Below, one piece after another: positions 23,973 through 34,168 of a stretch of DNA of 58,231 nucleotides. A program made the translations under genes and the position numbers. The notes beneath the pieces were generated by a model. That model had not been told where the DNA came from, did not search any database, and was given only the letters and a program-made list of their open reading frames with translations. Each line of letters starts with the position of its first letter. The first letter of the stretch is position 1. The stretch comes from a virus (Duplodnaviria; Caudoviricetes). The stretch is from IMG/VR virus record IMGVR_UViG_3300033076_000421, positions 1 through 58,231 of that record; one strand, given 5' to 3'.

Positions 23973-26900
23973 CTATAGCATCACATCATTGGCCCAGTCA
24001 CGTAAATCTTGCACCATGAAGTCGGGGAAGCGTTTACCCTCGAACTCAATGTTCGAGTTGGCAGCGATCTGATCGGCGCTCAGGACATCAGTGATAGGGG
24101 CGGTCGGCTCTGCTGCAATGACCTTCGGCGTAGCTCCACGTCCTGCGAAGTGCATCAGGTAGACGTTAGCTGCGGTAAGTGGGAGTTTATTTTCAATCAG
24201 GAAATCGACGTTCTTTTGAGTATGGAACTTACCCATCTCCCGAAGGTCGTCGTCGCTGATCTCACCGGACTTACGCATGGCTTCCACCTGGTCTTCGCTG
24301 AGATTGGCACCTGGGTGCATCTCGTTATAGGTGTCCCTCAGTGTGCCGGTGATGAACTGGAACGGGCCAAGAGCCGTTGACTTCGGGTTCTTTCCCGTCC
24401 CCTCATGCCCTTCGATCTTGCTGGCGAGATAGTCGATGTCGTAGTCCACGTTCGTCGAACCCTCAGGCTCCTTGGCCTTTTCTTCGGGCTTGGTTTCCTT
24501 GGGCTCAGGGCGAGTGACAGAACTGGTAGCCGTCACCTTGTTGACGATCAGCGGCTTCTTGTGCTGAGTCGCCATGACATTGGCAACGCGCTTGGCGAAC
24601 CTGGCCCCGGCGTTTGCGCCGTAGTTCTTTTCGATCATGGCGATGACCTCGTCCGTCTTGGACGGATCAAGTGCGTCATCGACAATCTGCTTGGCCTTAC
24701 CGGTCTTCATCCCGACATTCTCAAGGAAGCGCATGAGGATGATCGTGGGAGTGGCCTTGGCCCCTGCCATGGCAAGCGGAATGACATTAGCTAGAGAACG
24801 AACATCTTCGCCCGATTCGGACGGAGGCTTAGGTAGAATCTCGGCAGCAGTTTGCATCTTGCGTGTGACCGCAGTGGCCGAACGGATCAACTGACGACCT
24901 TCATCCTCACCGAACAGCGCGATGATGTTGTCCTGACTGTCGGGCTGAGACGCGAGTTGACGGAGCGTGTCTTCGGACTTCTTTGGATTGTTCATCGCGT
25001 CACGCAGCACCTGACGCGCAGCAACCCGCGCGTCGCGCAGAGCCGCTCGACTCATGGCGGACACCGAGTTAGCAAAGTCCGTCGGATTGGTGGACATAAT
25101 GCTCGATGCGGCGGACTGAGCGCCCTGTCGGCCAACTGCTTCAGAGACAATGCCCTGAGCTTTAGAGAGCGCAGCCTCATCGTTCGGAGTAATCAGCAGG
25201 TCAGCAAGGGTAGGGTTCTCACGACGGAACTTGTCAAGCGTCGCGCCGAACTTCGGTGTCCCAAAGTCCTTACCAAACAGGCGCTCGGCAGCAGCGGTGC
25301 GAATCGCTTCCCATTCGGGAGAAGTCTCACCGAGTCGTTCACGGAGCCTGCGGAGATTATCGGTCTGACCCTTGGCCCCAGACACGGAGCCTTTGCCGAA
25401 CAGAAGGTTCTCAACATCGGCAGGATCGACGGAAGTCGTCTTTGCGCCACCCTTTGAAGTCCGGTCGGTAAGGGTTTCGATGATGTCGTTACCCTCGAAC
25501 TTGGTGCCGAACTCACGACGGGAACTGATCGCGTTGCGCCAAGCAGCCACGGCGCTGGGATCGCCCACAATCATGCCACCAGCGTCCAGGTCATCAACAA
25601 CCTTGTCCAACGCCGTTCGCATCTCACGGGCAGCAGCGGCGTCAGGAGTCCCTGCCTTATCGCCCATGATGGCGGTCAGGTCTGAGCGCACGTCGAACAG
25701 GTCCTGAATCTTAGGCTTACCACCCTTGATCAGTTCGCTGGCATATCCGAGGATATTCATCGTGCTCGGGATTTCAGTCTTGTATCGACGTTTGGCAGGC
25801 TCAAGAGCCTTGTCGATGGACTGAATAATCTCGTTGCCGGACTCAGGCGTAACGAAGGCATCGCCCATAGTGCGAGCATCGTCGTAAGCCTGATTGACTC
25901 CAGACCATGCAGCATCGCGCTCATTGTTCAGTCGTTCGTGAACACTAGCACCTGCCTCACCGCGCGTGATCGTAGGCTTCGCAGCGACGACATCAGGGTG
26001 TTCAGCAATGTCCTTAGCGGCCTCAGCAGCCGCCTGTTCAGCCGTTCGCGCATCAGTTGGAGCTAGTTGGCTAACGACCTTCTGCCCAGCCCGTGGGGCA
26101 TTTGCCAAAGTGTCTTCGGCATATTTGGTAACGCTCTCATGGCCGGTTGGCGCAAGGTCGGCCACTTTGCCGAAGTTGCTCTTTTGCTGCGCGGAGAACA
26201 GGTCAGCGGGAACAGCAGGAGTGCCAGCAGCGAGCATGTCAGTGGCGATCTGACGGGCCTCATTGGGGTCAACGCCGCGAGACCTGATGAGCATATTCTC
26301 AAGGTCCGAAATGCGGCTACCTGCCATATTTGACAGACCCCAAGGTTTGTATTGAAGCGCCGACAGTCCGCTGACGCCTGCGATTGCCGCAGGGTTCAGT
26401 TTCTGACCGCTCATGGCCTCATTGGCAGCTTCAAACGTGCCGCCGATGGCCCCAGAGATTACGGGCTCCAGAAAACTTTTTGCGCGACCTGGAGCGCCTG
26501 ACAGGAAGCCCAGAGCCGAAGCCGCCAATGGGACGGCTAGTGGGTGCTGAGTAACGTCCACTTGCCGCTGAGTCGGACCTAGTTGGACACCGAGATATGA
26601 TTCGGGGTAAGCCCTGAGCAACGCGTCCTGCGCAGTCTTGGCACTCCATCCGGCCAGAGCCCCGCCACCCAGGGCGCCTGCACCGGCACCCAAAGGACCA
26701 AGCGGAGCGCCCGCCATCATTCCGAGTCTACCGCCAAATAGTCCTGCGGCAGTTGGAGTCAGACCTTCTGCCAAAGTCCTGACAACACCGCCTGCCAGAG
26801 ATTTGTCTGAAAGATCGCCACCCATGACGGTCGGCTTGTCGAGTCCCTCGCGAGTGACCTTCTCCTCCATAGCGGCGGGGTCATAGCCCCTGAAGGGTGT

Positions 26901-27131
26901 GGGCTCTCGAACGTCTTCGGGATTGCCTGATCCGTTATTGGCCGAGCGCGGTCCGCGACCGATCAAGGTCTTCGGATCGTAACCCATGTCGTCAGAGGCT
27001 TTGACAGCAGGTTCAGCGGCATCAGGATGCGCTGCCAGAACTTGAGCCCTGACTTCCTCCTCAGTGGCCCCGTCAGGCCCCGTGACTTCGTAAGTGCTGC
27101 CGTTGGGAGCCTTGACGCTATAGGTAGCCAT
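23973..27131 (-). CDS. Large internal virion/ejection protein with C-terminal lysozyme-like (transglycosylase) domain
   Basis: 1052 aa; IEGHEG..KNPKSTALGPFQFITGT...VYLMHFAG; position after tail genes. Confidence 0.75.
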   Translation of the reverse strand: MATYSVKAPNGSTYEVTGPDGATEEEVRAQVLAAHPDAAEPAVKASDDMGYDPKTLIGRGPRSANNGSGNPEDVREPTPFRGYDPAAMEEKVTREGLDKPTVMGGDLSDKSLAGGVVRTLAEGLTPTAAGLFGGRLGMMAGAPLGPLGAGAGALGGGALAGWSAKTAQDALLRAYPESYLGVQLGPTQRQVDVTQHPLAVPLAASALGFLSGAPGRAKSFLEPVISGAIGGTFEAANEAMSGQKLNPAAIAGVSGLSALQYKPWGLSNMAGSRISDLENMLIRSRGVDPNEARQIATDMLAAGTPAVPADLFSAQQKSNFGKVADLAPTGHESVTKYAEDTLANAPRAGQKVVSQLAPTDARTAEQAAAEAAKDIAEHPDVVAAKPTITRGEAGASVHERLNNERDAAWSGVNQAYDDARTMGDAFVTPESGNEIIQSIDKALEPAKRRYKTEIPSTMNILGYASELIKGGKPKIQDLFDVRSDLTAIMGDKAGTPDAAAAREMRTALDKVVDDLDAGGMIVGDPSAVAAWRNAISSRREFGTKFEGNDIIETLTDRTSKGGAKTTSVDPADVENLLFGKGSVSGAKGQTDNLRRLRERLGETSPEWEAIRTAAAERLFGKDFGTPKFGATLDKFRRENPTLADLLITPNDEAALSKAQGIVSEAVGRQGAQSAASSIMSTNPTDFANSVSAMSRAALRDARVAARQVLRDAMNNPKKSEDTLRQLASQPDSQDNIIALFGEDEGRQLIRSATAVTRKMQTAAEILPKPPSESGEDVRSLANVIPLAMAGAKATPTIILMRFLENVGMKTGKAKQIVDDALDPSKTDEVIAMIEKNYGANAGARFAKRVANVMATQHKKPLIVNKVTATSSVTRPEPKETKPEEKAKEPEGSTNVDYDIDYLASKIEGHEGTGKNPKSTALGPFQFITGTLRDTYNEMHPGANLSEDQVEAMRKSGEISDDDLREMGKFHTQKNVDFLIENKLPLTAANVYLMHFAGRGATPKVIAAEPTAPITDVLSADQIAANSNIEFEGKRFPDFMVQDLRDWANDVML

Positions 27132-28310
27132 TTAGGGGACCTTCTTTACGACCCAACCAGTAGCAGGGGCTCCACCCTTAGACGGTGGCGCAATGGGGGC
27201 AGTCTGACGACTAGACTGGGGAGCGCGAATGCCGATTGTAGCCTTAGCCATTTGACGACGGTTAGCCAAAATACCCAGACCCTCGTTAATGACTGCCTCG
27301 CGTTCAGCAGCCGTCGAACCCTCGTCCAAGCCGTTAAGCTTGTTCAAATAAGCCAGGTCCTTGTCAGTCGGCTGGGTGCCAAGTGCCGCCTTAAGGGCCG
27401 AAACGACATTGTTCCCAAGGACAGTGTTGAGCTTAGCAGTAGCCGCCAACTTCGGATCGTTGGGGGAGACGAAGCGGCTTATGGTCTTTTGAGCATTACC
27501 AAGAGGACCACTGAACGCTTGCTTGTTTAGCGAAAGTGCCTTGTTCAACTGCTGCTCTGCTACGTCGATGGCTTTAAGATCAATTGCAGCTTCGGTTGTC
27601 GCCTCAGCGTTCTTGCCAACGTTCTCTTGCCCTTCGATAAGTTTTGGACCCTCTCTGGTGATGACATACTTATAGTCATTCTGATAACCGAGTTCTCGGC
27701 CAGATTTTTGAGAACCGATTTGGCCGAGGGGGGTTTGGGCACCAGACGGTCCTGAACCATTTCCGCCAGACATCATCGCAGCAACTTCGTCAACATTTTG
27801 ACCAGCAAAGCGACCGGTCGTGTAGAAGCGTTTATTGGTAACGGGATCAACACCGACATTACCAAGCGGCTTCATAGCGGTGGCCGCGATCTTGGACTGC
27901 AAGTCCAGACCCTTCAGATCATACTTCGATCCGAGTTCGGCTAGGTCCTGCTCGCGCTGGAGCATGGTGTCAGCAACCTTGGTCTCATACTCACGACGAC
28001 CTTTAGCGCTCTCGCCAAGAGCCGATGCCGTGTTGCCGAGCACCTCACCGAACGAGCCGGTCTTGGTCGGCTGGGCCAGAGCACTCGCCAAGGAGAACCA
28101 CATCTCGGCCTTAGACGGACGAGACTTCTCAAGCCGTTGGGCGACCATGTCCCAAGACTTCTGACGGTTCGCAAGTTCCTTGTCGCGCATGACCGCGAGT
28201 TGGCTCTGAAGCGCACTCAGACCGCCGTATTCGGGGGTCGTGTCCTCAGTGTCGTCAACAGGGTCAGGGGTTACAGTGCCGAGCGCACCGGGCGTAAACA
28301 TGGCTGCCAT
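27132..28310 (-). CDS. Internal virion/ejection protein
   Basis: 392 aa, helical; synteny. Confidence 0.6.
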   Translation of the reverse strand: MAAMFTPGALGTVTPDPVDDTEDTTPEYGGLSALQSQLAVMRDKELANRQKSWDMVAQRLEKSRPSKAEMWFSLASALAQPTKTGSFGEVLGNTASALGESAKGRREYETKVADTMLQREQDLAELGSKYDLKGLDLQSKIAATAMKPLGNVGVDPVTNKRFYTTGRFAGQNVDEVAAMMSGGNGSGPSGAQTPLGQIGSQKSGRELGYQNDYKYVITREGPKLIEGQENVGKNAEATTEAAIDLKAIDVAEQQLNKALSLNKQAFSGPLGNAQKTISRFVSPNDPKLAATAKLNTVLGNNVVSALKAALGTQPTDKDLAYLNKLNGLDEGSTAAEREAVINEGLGILANRRQMAKATIGIRAPQSSRQTAPIAPPSKGGAPATGWVVKKVP

Positions 28311-28322
28311 GGCGCTTTCTCC

Positions 28323-29360
28323 TTAACTCGTAAGACCCTTGATCGTGCTCAGAGCCGACGCGATTGATGCAAGGGTTGAAGGACCCGTGGACGAATTGTT
28401 GACCGCCTCGATGCCGCTACTCATCTGACCCTTCGGCACAGCCCCTGCGACGCCTTGCAGCGTGCCGGTGAGCGCATTGAGTTGGGTCTGCGGGTTGGCC
28501 TGCTGCTTGAGGAAGTCCTGATAGGCAACGTCCAGGTTCTTCTGGTTCTGGTCCTGCTGAATCTGACCGGCGTTCTGGAGAGCACTGATCCCAGTGAGCC
28601 CCATGCGCTGCTGCTGTTCGGCCAGATTGCCGTAGGTGCTACCCAGATTGGCGAGGTTCGTGCCAGCCGACAGCAGAGCCTGCTGCTGGTTCTGACCGAT
28701 GTTCCCAGCGGTCCCGGCCAGTTGGGCCTGACGGGCGAGGTCGCCCTGAGCGGTATCGGACGCTTGGGCATAGCCCTGTTGCAGAGCTTGGGTCTGTTGA
28801 GCCAGAGTGCTCTCGGACGTATCGCGCAGAGCCCGACCGATCATCTCGGCTTGGCGAGAACCACCGAACTGACCGGCACCGACAAAGCGGTCCGAAATCT
28901 CAGGCAGGAACTTCTCGCGCAGTTGGCGAGCGCCGATGTCACCGATACGATTCACAACCGCGTCGGTGTAGGGGTTCATATAGCTGCCAACCTGACCGGC
29001 AGTGCTCTGACCCGCTTGGGACAGATACGGCTGTGCCATGTTGATGCCGGTGGCATTCGTGCTCTGAGAGATGTTCTGAGCGCCCTGCTGCATATAGGGC
29101 TGAGCTTGAGTCAGAGCACCTTGAGTGCCTGCGACATTACCAGCCTGAGCGAAAGCCTGCTTCTGCTGATCGGTCAGGGCCGCAACGCGCGGACCCTGGT
29201 AGGTCACATAGGGATTGTTCGCCACCGCTTGCTGGTTAGCAAGGATGTCCATGGCATAGTTGGTATACCAATCGGGCAGAACCGTCTCGGTCGTGCTCGA
29301 CGTGGGGACCGTGGAGACTGAGGACTTACCGTCGTTGAGGAAGTTAGACAACGTGGACAT
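28323..29360 (-). CDS. Internal virion protein (Q/A-rich, pilot-like)
   Basis: YQGPRVA, YMNPYT, GAGQFGGSRQA motifs. Confidence 0.65.
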   Translation of the reverse strand: MSTLSNFLNDGKSSVSTVPTSSTTETVLPDWYTNYAMDILANQQAVANNPYVTYQGPRVAALTDQQKQAFAQAGNVAGTQGALTQAQPYMQQGAQNISQSTNATGINMAQPYLSQAGQSTAGQVGSYMNPYTDAVVNRIGDIGARQLREKFLPEISDRFVGAGQFGGSRQAEMIGRALRDTSESTLAQQTQALQQGYAQASDTAQGDLARQAQLAGTAGNIGQNQQQALLSAGTNLANLGSTYGNLAEQQQRMGLTGISALQNAGQIQQDQNQKNLDVAYQDFLKQQANPQTQLNALTGTLQGVAGAVPKGQMSSGIEAVNNSSTGPSTLASIASALSTIKGLTS

Positions 29361-31954
29361 TAGCGACGGCCTCCAGCCAGATACGCTTCCGGCGACTTAG
29401 CATTAGCAGAAAACTTGCCGGATGCCAATTTCTGCCCCTTGTGCTTGCGGATGTTGACCCGGAAGTTGTCGAGCTTGTCAGCACCTGCCTTACTCGACCC
29501 GTTACCGAGTAGAGCGACAGTCTCAGCGTCGATGACATACTCACCGTCACTCAGCTTGGCGTCGATCTTGTCCTCACGCCCATCGCCAGCACCCTTGACG
29601 GCGAAAGCATGAGAGGTCGTGCCGCCGTGCTTGAACTGAGGGGTCTCCACGACGGGCATCTTCACCCCGAAGTTCTGATTGAGCCACTCAGGGCTGTCGA
29701 TCAGCGACATGCGAGGCTCGTCGTTCAGGATCGTTGAGCGATCAAGGTCGGCATTATACTTCTCGCGCTCGGCGTTGTTCATACCGACATTGGACATGTA
29801 GTAATAGCCCAGAGGATCAACGCCTGCGGGAGCCGCTTTCGGCTGCTCCTTAAGACCCGCAAAGTCCAGTTGGAACTGGTTCATGGTCCCATCGGTCGTC
29901 GGCTTCATGCTGTCCGTGAACGCCTTGACGCGGTCGGCAGACGCCGCAGCGTCAGCGCCGTGTTCGGCCTGAATCTGAGCAGCGAACTTCTGACGGTAGG
30001 AGTCCGTGAGCGCATCCCCTGACAGCGGAGCGGTCGCAGCAGCCGACGCAGGGTTAGCGGGCTGAGGCGGCGTGCCAGTGGACTTTACGGCCAAGTCAGG
30101 CGCTACACCCTTCGAGGTCGGGAGGCTTGCCATGCCTGCACTCAGACGTGCTTGCTTCTCAGATTCAGCCGCCGTCATGGGGTCCTGAACGACGAACCTA
30201 GCGTTGCTGTTTGTAGGCAGAGCGACAGCGCCGGTAGGCGGCGTGCGGGTCGTAGCGTAACCGGCATAAGGGTTGTTAACGTCGGTCGGCTGATTGCGGA
30301 GGTCAAGGACGCCGGGTGTTTGACCATACTTCGCCATGTTCTGGACAGCGAGGTTGGTTGGCATCTGGCCTGTGGCAGTCGTCCCGGTGCCGGTGGTTCC
30401 AGTGTTGGTGGTTCCAGTGCCCGTAGACGTGCCGCCACCGGTAGAGGGGTTCGACGGCGTCACTACGAGGTTCGGGTCAGGCGTTACGCCATTCGCACGA
30501 ACAGGGACGTTGGCGAAGAACGACTGCTCGCCACCTTCACCATATTTGTTCCAGTCCGTAACCGACTTCGACACGTCACGCGGAGCGAGGTTGGCGAAGA
30601 TACCGCTGGCAGCAGGGAGCGCCTTCTTGAACAGCGCACTCTGCTGGAGAGCAGGGGGCGTGCCGCCACCGGTCGCAAGACCATTGGCTCCAACGCTACC
30701 TCCTCCGCCCAGAGCGCCGAGTGCGGTCAGACCGAGTTGAGCAGCGGCGAGGGGGTGAGCAGCGATCCAGGCGCTGATACCGCCAGCAGCAAGTGCGGCG
30801 TTCGCTGACGCAAGCATCGCCTCGGTCGTGGCGAATCCGGCAGGAGCGGTGAGCGCCGCACTCGTGACAGCGCCACCGGCAGCAGTGGTCGTCCCAGCAG
30901 GGACCGCAGCCTCGCTGGCGATTGTCTCGACGGGGGTCGCAGCAGCCGTCATAGCTCCGGTCCCAAGGGCTCCGGTCGATCCGCTCGAAGCAATGAGACC
31001 TGCGGCAACCGCTGCTGGCACACCCATCGCAATCAACTGATTCAGGCTTGCCCCGTTCTTGACGGCTTGGACGACGACCTCGCTGACCTCTGGAGCAAGT
31101 TCTGCGCCAAGACTCGGTTGGGTTTCGACGGGAGTTGTCGGTTGAGTGACTACGGAGTCAGCACCGCTACCGCCCGACAGGACTGAGCTTCCAAACGCAC
31201 CGCCGAGGCCAGCACCAATCGCCCCTTGAACGGCGGTATTAACTGGAGCGGTGACAACCAGTTCACCAATCGTATTGGCGAGAGCATTCGATCCGAGGTT
31301 GGCTGCGGTTGAGCCTGCCACAGACCCAGCCGTCGATCCGGCAGCAGAACCTGCGGCATTTCCTGCCGTGTTCGCAGCGGCGTTACCGATAGCCCCACTG
31401 ACACCCGATGCAATACCCGCCCCAGCCGCGCTCAATAGAGCCCGCTTGGCGGCGTCTTCAATGCTTCGACCCTGACCAACGCTTGAGGCAATCGAACCTA
31501 GTGCTGCACCTGCCGCAGCGCCACCAGTAGCACCAAGCGCGGCCAGAGCGCCAAAGCCAGGAAGGAAGATCGCTCCGAGGATCGGAAGCGCCACGTCAGC
31601 AAGTTTACCAAGAAGGCTTTGCTTCTTCGGGTCAATGTTGTCCATGGCGGCAGTTTCCCAACCTTTGCCATTATCAATCTGGACAGCCCAAGACGCTTTG
31701 CGCCCATCGCTATGCGACACGCCGTTGACCAGCGCGAAGGCTTTCTCAGCAGCGTCAGGGTCGGTGCTTGAGAACACCTCCTGTCCATTGGCGGGGTCGA
31801 TAACTCGAACTGGACCCTTATAGGCCATGTTCACTTCACCAGCGAAGTCGCCGTCATTGGTGAAGGCTCGATAGGTCGTCGGCTTTACGGCGAGCGCCTG
31901 ATTCGGCGCAGAGCCCATGTCCATGCCGTCGTAGTTAACAGCGAAGTCAGGCAT
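29360..31954 (-). CDS. Internal virion/ejection protein (A/G-rich, TM-like segments)
   Basis: Probable start ATG 31954; C-terminal GAGDGREDKIDAKLSDGEYVI. Confidence 0.65.
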   Translation of the reverse strand: MPDFAVNYDGMDMGSAPNQALAVKPTTYRAFTNDGDFAGEVNMAYKGPVRVIDPANGQEVFSSTDPDAAEKAFALVNGVSHSDGRKASWAVQIDNGKGWETAAMDNIDPKKQSLLGKLADVALPILGAIFLPGFGALAALGATGGAAAGAALGSIASSVGQGRSIEDAAKRALLSAAGAGIASGVSGAIGNAAANTAGNAAGSAAGSTAGSVAGSTAANLGSNALANTIGELVVTAPVNTAVQGAIGAGLGGAFGSSVLSGGSGADSVVTQPTTPVETQPSLGAELAPEVSEVVVQAVKNGASLNQLIAMGVPAAVAAGLIASSGSTGALGTGAMTAAATPVETIASEAAVPAGTTTAAGGAVTSAALTAPAGFATTEAMLASANAALAAGGISAWIAAHPLAAAQLGLTALGALGGGGSVGANGLATGGGTPPALQQSALFKKALPAASGIFANLAPRDVSKSVTDWNKYGEGGEQSFFANVPVRANGVTPDPNLVVTPSNPSTGGGTSTGTGTTNTGTTGTGTTATGQMPTNLAVQNMAKYGQTPGVLDLRNQPTDVNNPYAGYATTRTPPTGAVALPTNSNARFVVQDPMTAAESEKQARLSAGMASLPTSKGVAPDLAVKSTGTPPQPANPASAAATAPLSGDALTDSYRQKFAAQIQAEHGADAAASADRVKAFTDSMKPTTDGTMNQFQLDFAGLKEQPKAAPAGVDPLGYYYMSNVGMNNAEREKYNADLDRSTILNDEPRMSLIDSPEWLNQNFGVKMPVVETPQFKHGGTTSHAFAVKGAGDGREDKIDAKLSDGEYVIDAETVALLGNGSSKAGADKLDNFRVNIRKHKGQKLASGKFSANAKSPEAYLAGGRR

Positions 31955-32181
31955 CAGACATTCCTTTCGAGCATCGTGTAGGCTCGCATGGCCCAATCTC
32001 GCCAATCCGAGAACTGGTAGGGGTCAGGGACGTTTTGTTGAGAGTAGTTGCCCCTCAGGAACGCAACGGCCCAGTCTTGCCAGTTATCGTTCTGTAGGCG
32101 ACCGAAAGCCCATGCGTCTCCGGTAGATAGGATAACACTATCGGCCCAGTCTGTCAGCGACATACCTCTGGGGTCGATCAT
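31954..32181 (-). CDS. Small virion-module protein
   Basis: Trp-rich 75 aa, overlaps both neighbours. Confidence 0.65.
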   Translation of the reverse strand: MIDPRGMSLTDWADSVILSTGDAWAFGRLQNDNWQDWAVAFLRGNYSQQNVPDPYQFSDWRDWAMRAYTMLERNV

Positions 32182-33791
32182 CCGATGACTGTCCCATCGC
32201 CGGGCTTCAGCAGAGCCAGGATCAAGCCCATCTGGTAATCGCCACCGATCACATTGCTCTCGAACCGGAAGCGAAGCTGACGACGCTGACCCTTGAAGTG
32301 AACGATCTGGTTCGTCGGTTGAGGCGGAATGTCATAGATTGTGAGCAGTTCACCATCGACCTCAGGGGACCGAGCGTTGGCTCGACCCTTCAGTTGAACC
32401 GTCATGTCGCCCGTCTGCACGAAGTCAGGCTCCAGATGGATGACGTTCAGAGCATGGTTGTCTTGAGCCATCACCGGAAGGCTGATGTCGGCGGTCTCGA
32501 AATACGACTGGATGGGCTGGAGGTTCAGACCGTCGATCTCGTCAACGCCGTCCTCATGGACCCATAGCTTGTAGAGCAGAATCTCGCTGAACTCAGTGAC
32601 ACGGGCGTCACCGGTTTCCGAAACGCGAGTGTCTCCCGACTCAGAGATACGTCCCTCGTGCTGACTGACCGACGGCTCGACCCCAGTCATCATCGGTTTA
32701 GGGAACACCGACGCAGGGGTGCCTGCCGAGCGCCCACCGTTGGGAAGCTCACAGTCATACCAAGTGTCCTCACGGACATTATAGATGACGGCGTGAGAGC
32801 ATTCCGTGTTGTCGCCACGCGGGTAGCACCACCAGATTTCCCCGTAGCGAGGGACCTTGGTGGCAAACACCTTCTGACGGTATTGCATATTGATGCCGTC
32901 GAAGAACCAATTCAGGTTCAGCGCATTGGGCACTTCACGCACAACGCCGTTGAACATCAGGAACCGGTCGATACCGGCCCAGAAGAAGATGCCGTCATAC
33001 TCAATGACCGACTCAGCCGACAGGATCGAGGACTGCGTCGAGATCGTGTCGAACTGGAAGATCGCATCGCCACCAACGAAGGAGGCTCGCACCACAGCGT
33101 CAGCGGTCCAGAACAAACCGGACGGCGAGTTGCCGGGACCGCCACGGAGCGGGAGGCCCTTGATGATCTTCTGAGAGGCGACGTTCGCAGAGCCCGAGCC
33201 GGTTCCCGTATAGTCAGTCGGATCGCCAACAACGCTCCAGGCCACATACCCATCATTGCCGTAGATGAAGGTGTAGGGATGGAGCGAGACGACACCGCCT
33301 GTGACGTTATACCCGGTAGGCAGCAGCGTCACTTCGGTGAGCGGATCGGTCCCGAGCAGACTTCCATAGAACAGTTGACCACCTTCGTTGTTGGTGATGT
33401 TCAACAGGTTCGGAGCCACCTGAGCGATGATCTGATTGCCTGTAGGATCGCTGTCTACGTCGAACTGCCACATGTTATTGTCATCGACAGTCAGGGTTAG
33501 CGGCGTCCGGTCAGTGACGACGCTCGTGTTCCCGTCGTTGTCGATATAGAGGCGCTCGACCTTCGACGCAGACCCTGAGTGGATGTAGGTGAAACCGTTC
33601 TGGGTATAGGCGTTCAGTGAGCGACTGATCTCGGTGAGATAGCGACTCGCTGAACGATAGCCTCCGATCTTGCGCGGCAAGCCGCGTTGGAACCGGACCC
33701 ATTGTCCGTCAACGTAGGCGTCACCCTCGAACCTGGTACCATCACGCTTGATGCCAGGTAGCGATTTGATCTGGAGGATTGAGTCAGGCAT
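32178..33791 (-). CDS. Tail nozzle / DNA-stabilisation protein (tail tubular B-like)
   Basis: 537 aa beta-rich; PGIKRDGT..WVRFQRGLPRKIGG, EIWWCYP, VIYN. Confidence 0.7.
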   Translation of the reverse strand: MPDSILQIKSLPGIKRDGTRFEGDAYVDGQWVRFQRGLPRKIGGYRSASRYLTEISRSLNAYTQNGFTYIHSGSASKVERLYIDNDGNTSVVTDRTPLTLTVDDNNMWQFDVDSDPTGNQIIAQVAPNLLNITNNEGGQLFYGSLLGTDPLTEVTLLPTGYNVTGGVVSLHPYTFIYGNDGYVAWSVVGDPTDYTGTGSGSANVASQKIIKGLPLRGGPGNSPSGLFWTADAVVRASFVGGDAIFQFDTISTQSSILSAESVIEYDGIFFWAGIDRFLMFNGVVREVPNALNLNWFFDGINMQYRQKVFATKVPRYGEIWWCYPRGDNTECSHAVIYNVREDTWYDCELPNGGRSAGTPASVFPKPMMTGVEPSVSQHEGRISESGDTRVSETGDARVTEFSEILLYKLWVHEDGVDEIDGLNLQPIQSYFETADISLPVMAQDNHALNVIHLEPDFVQTGDMTVQLKGRANARSPEVDGELLTIYDIPPQPTNQIVHFKGQRRQLRFRFESNVIGGDYQMGLILALLKPGDGTVIG

Positions 33792-34156
33792 CAGCCGTTA
33801 GCAGCCTTGTAAGCAGCAATGTCAGCGGCATAGCTCTCACCGATCTGGGCCTTGAGGGCGTCCAGAACGCGACTGGCCTTCTTCTGCTCGACCTTCTCGG
33901 TGCGAAGCAGACCGACGATACGGTCACGATATTGCAGGTCGGAGATCGTATCGACGGTCTCGTCGGTCATGGCTGCGGGCAGTTGCTCAATCGGCGTGGC
34001 CTTGTAGTCCAGCAGATTGACCGGCCAGTCCTCAGTTGGAAGGGCGAGAAGCATGACGCTGTAGTTGTCGATATTGACCTGATAGCCATAGACCTCAGCC
34101 TCACGATGGAAGGCGTTGGCGACGAGGTTGGCTTTGTGCTCGGAGTCGGTGATCAT
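33791..34156 (-). CDS. Tail-fibre-associated protein (possible chaperone)
   Basis: 121 aa after fibre genes. Confidence 0.5.
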   Translation of the reverse strand: MITDSEHKANLVANAFHREAEVYGYQVNIDNYSVMLLALPTEDWPVNLLDYKATPIEQLPAAMTDETVDTISDLQYRDRIVGLLRTEKVEQKKASRVLDALKAQIGESYAADIAAYKAANG

Positions 34157-34168
34157 TGTAAGTGTTCC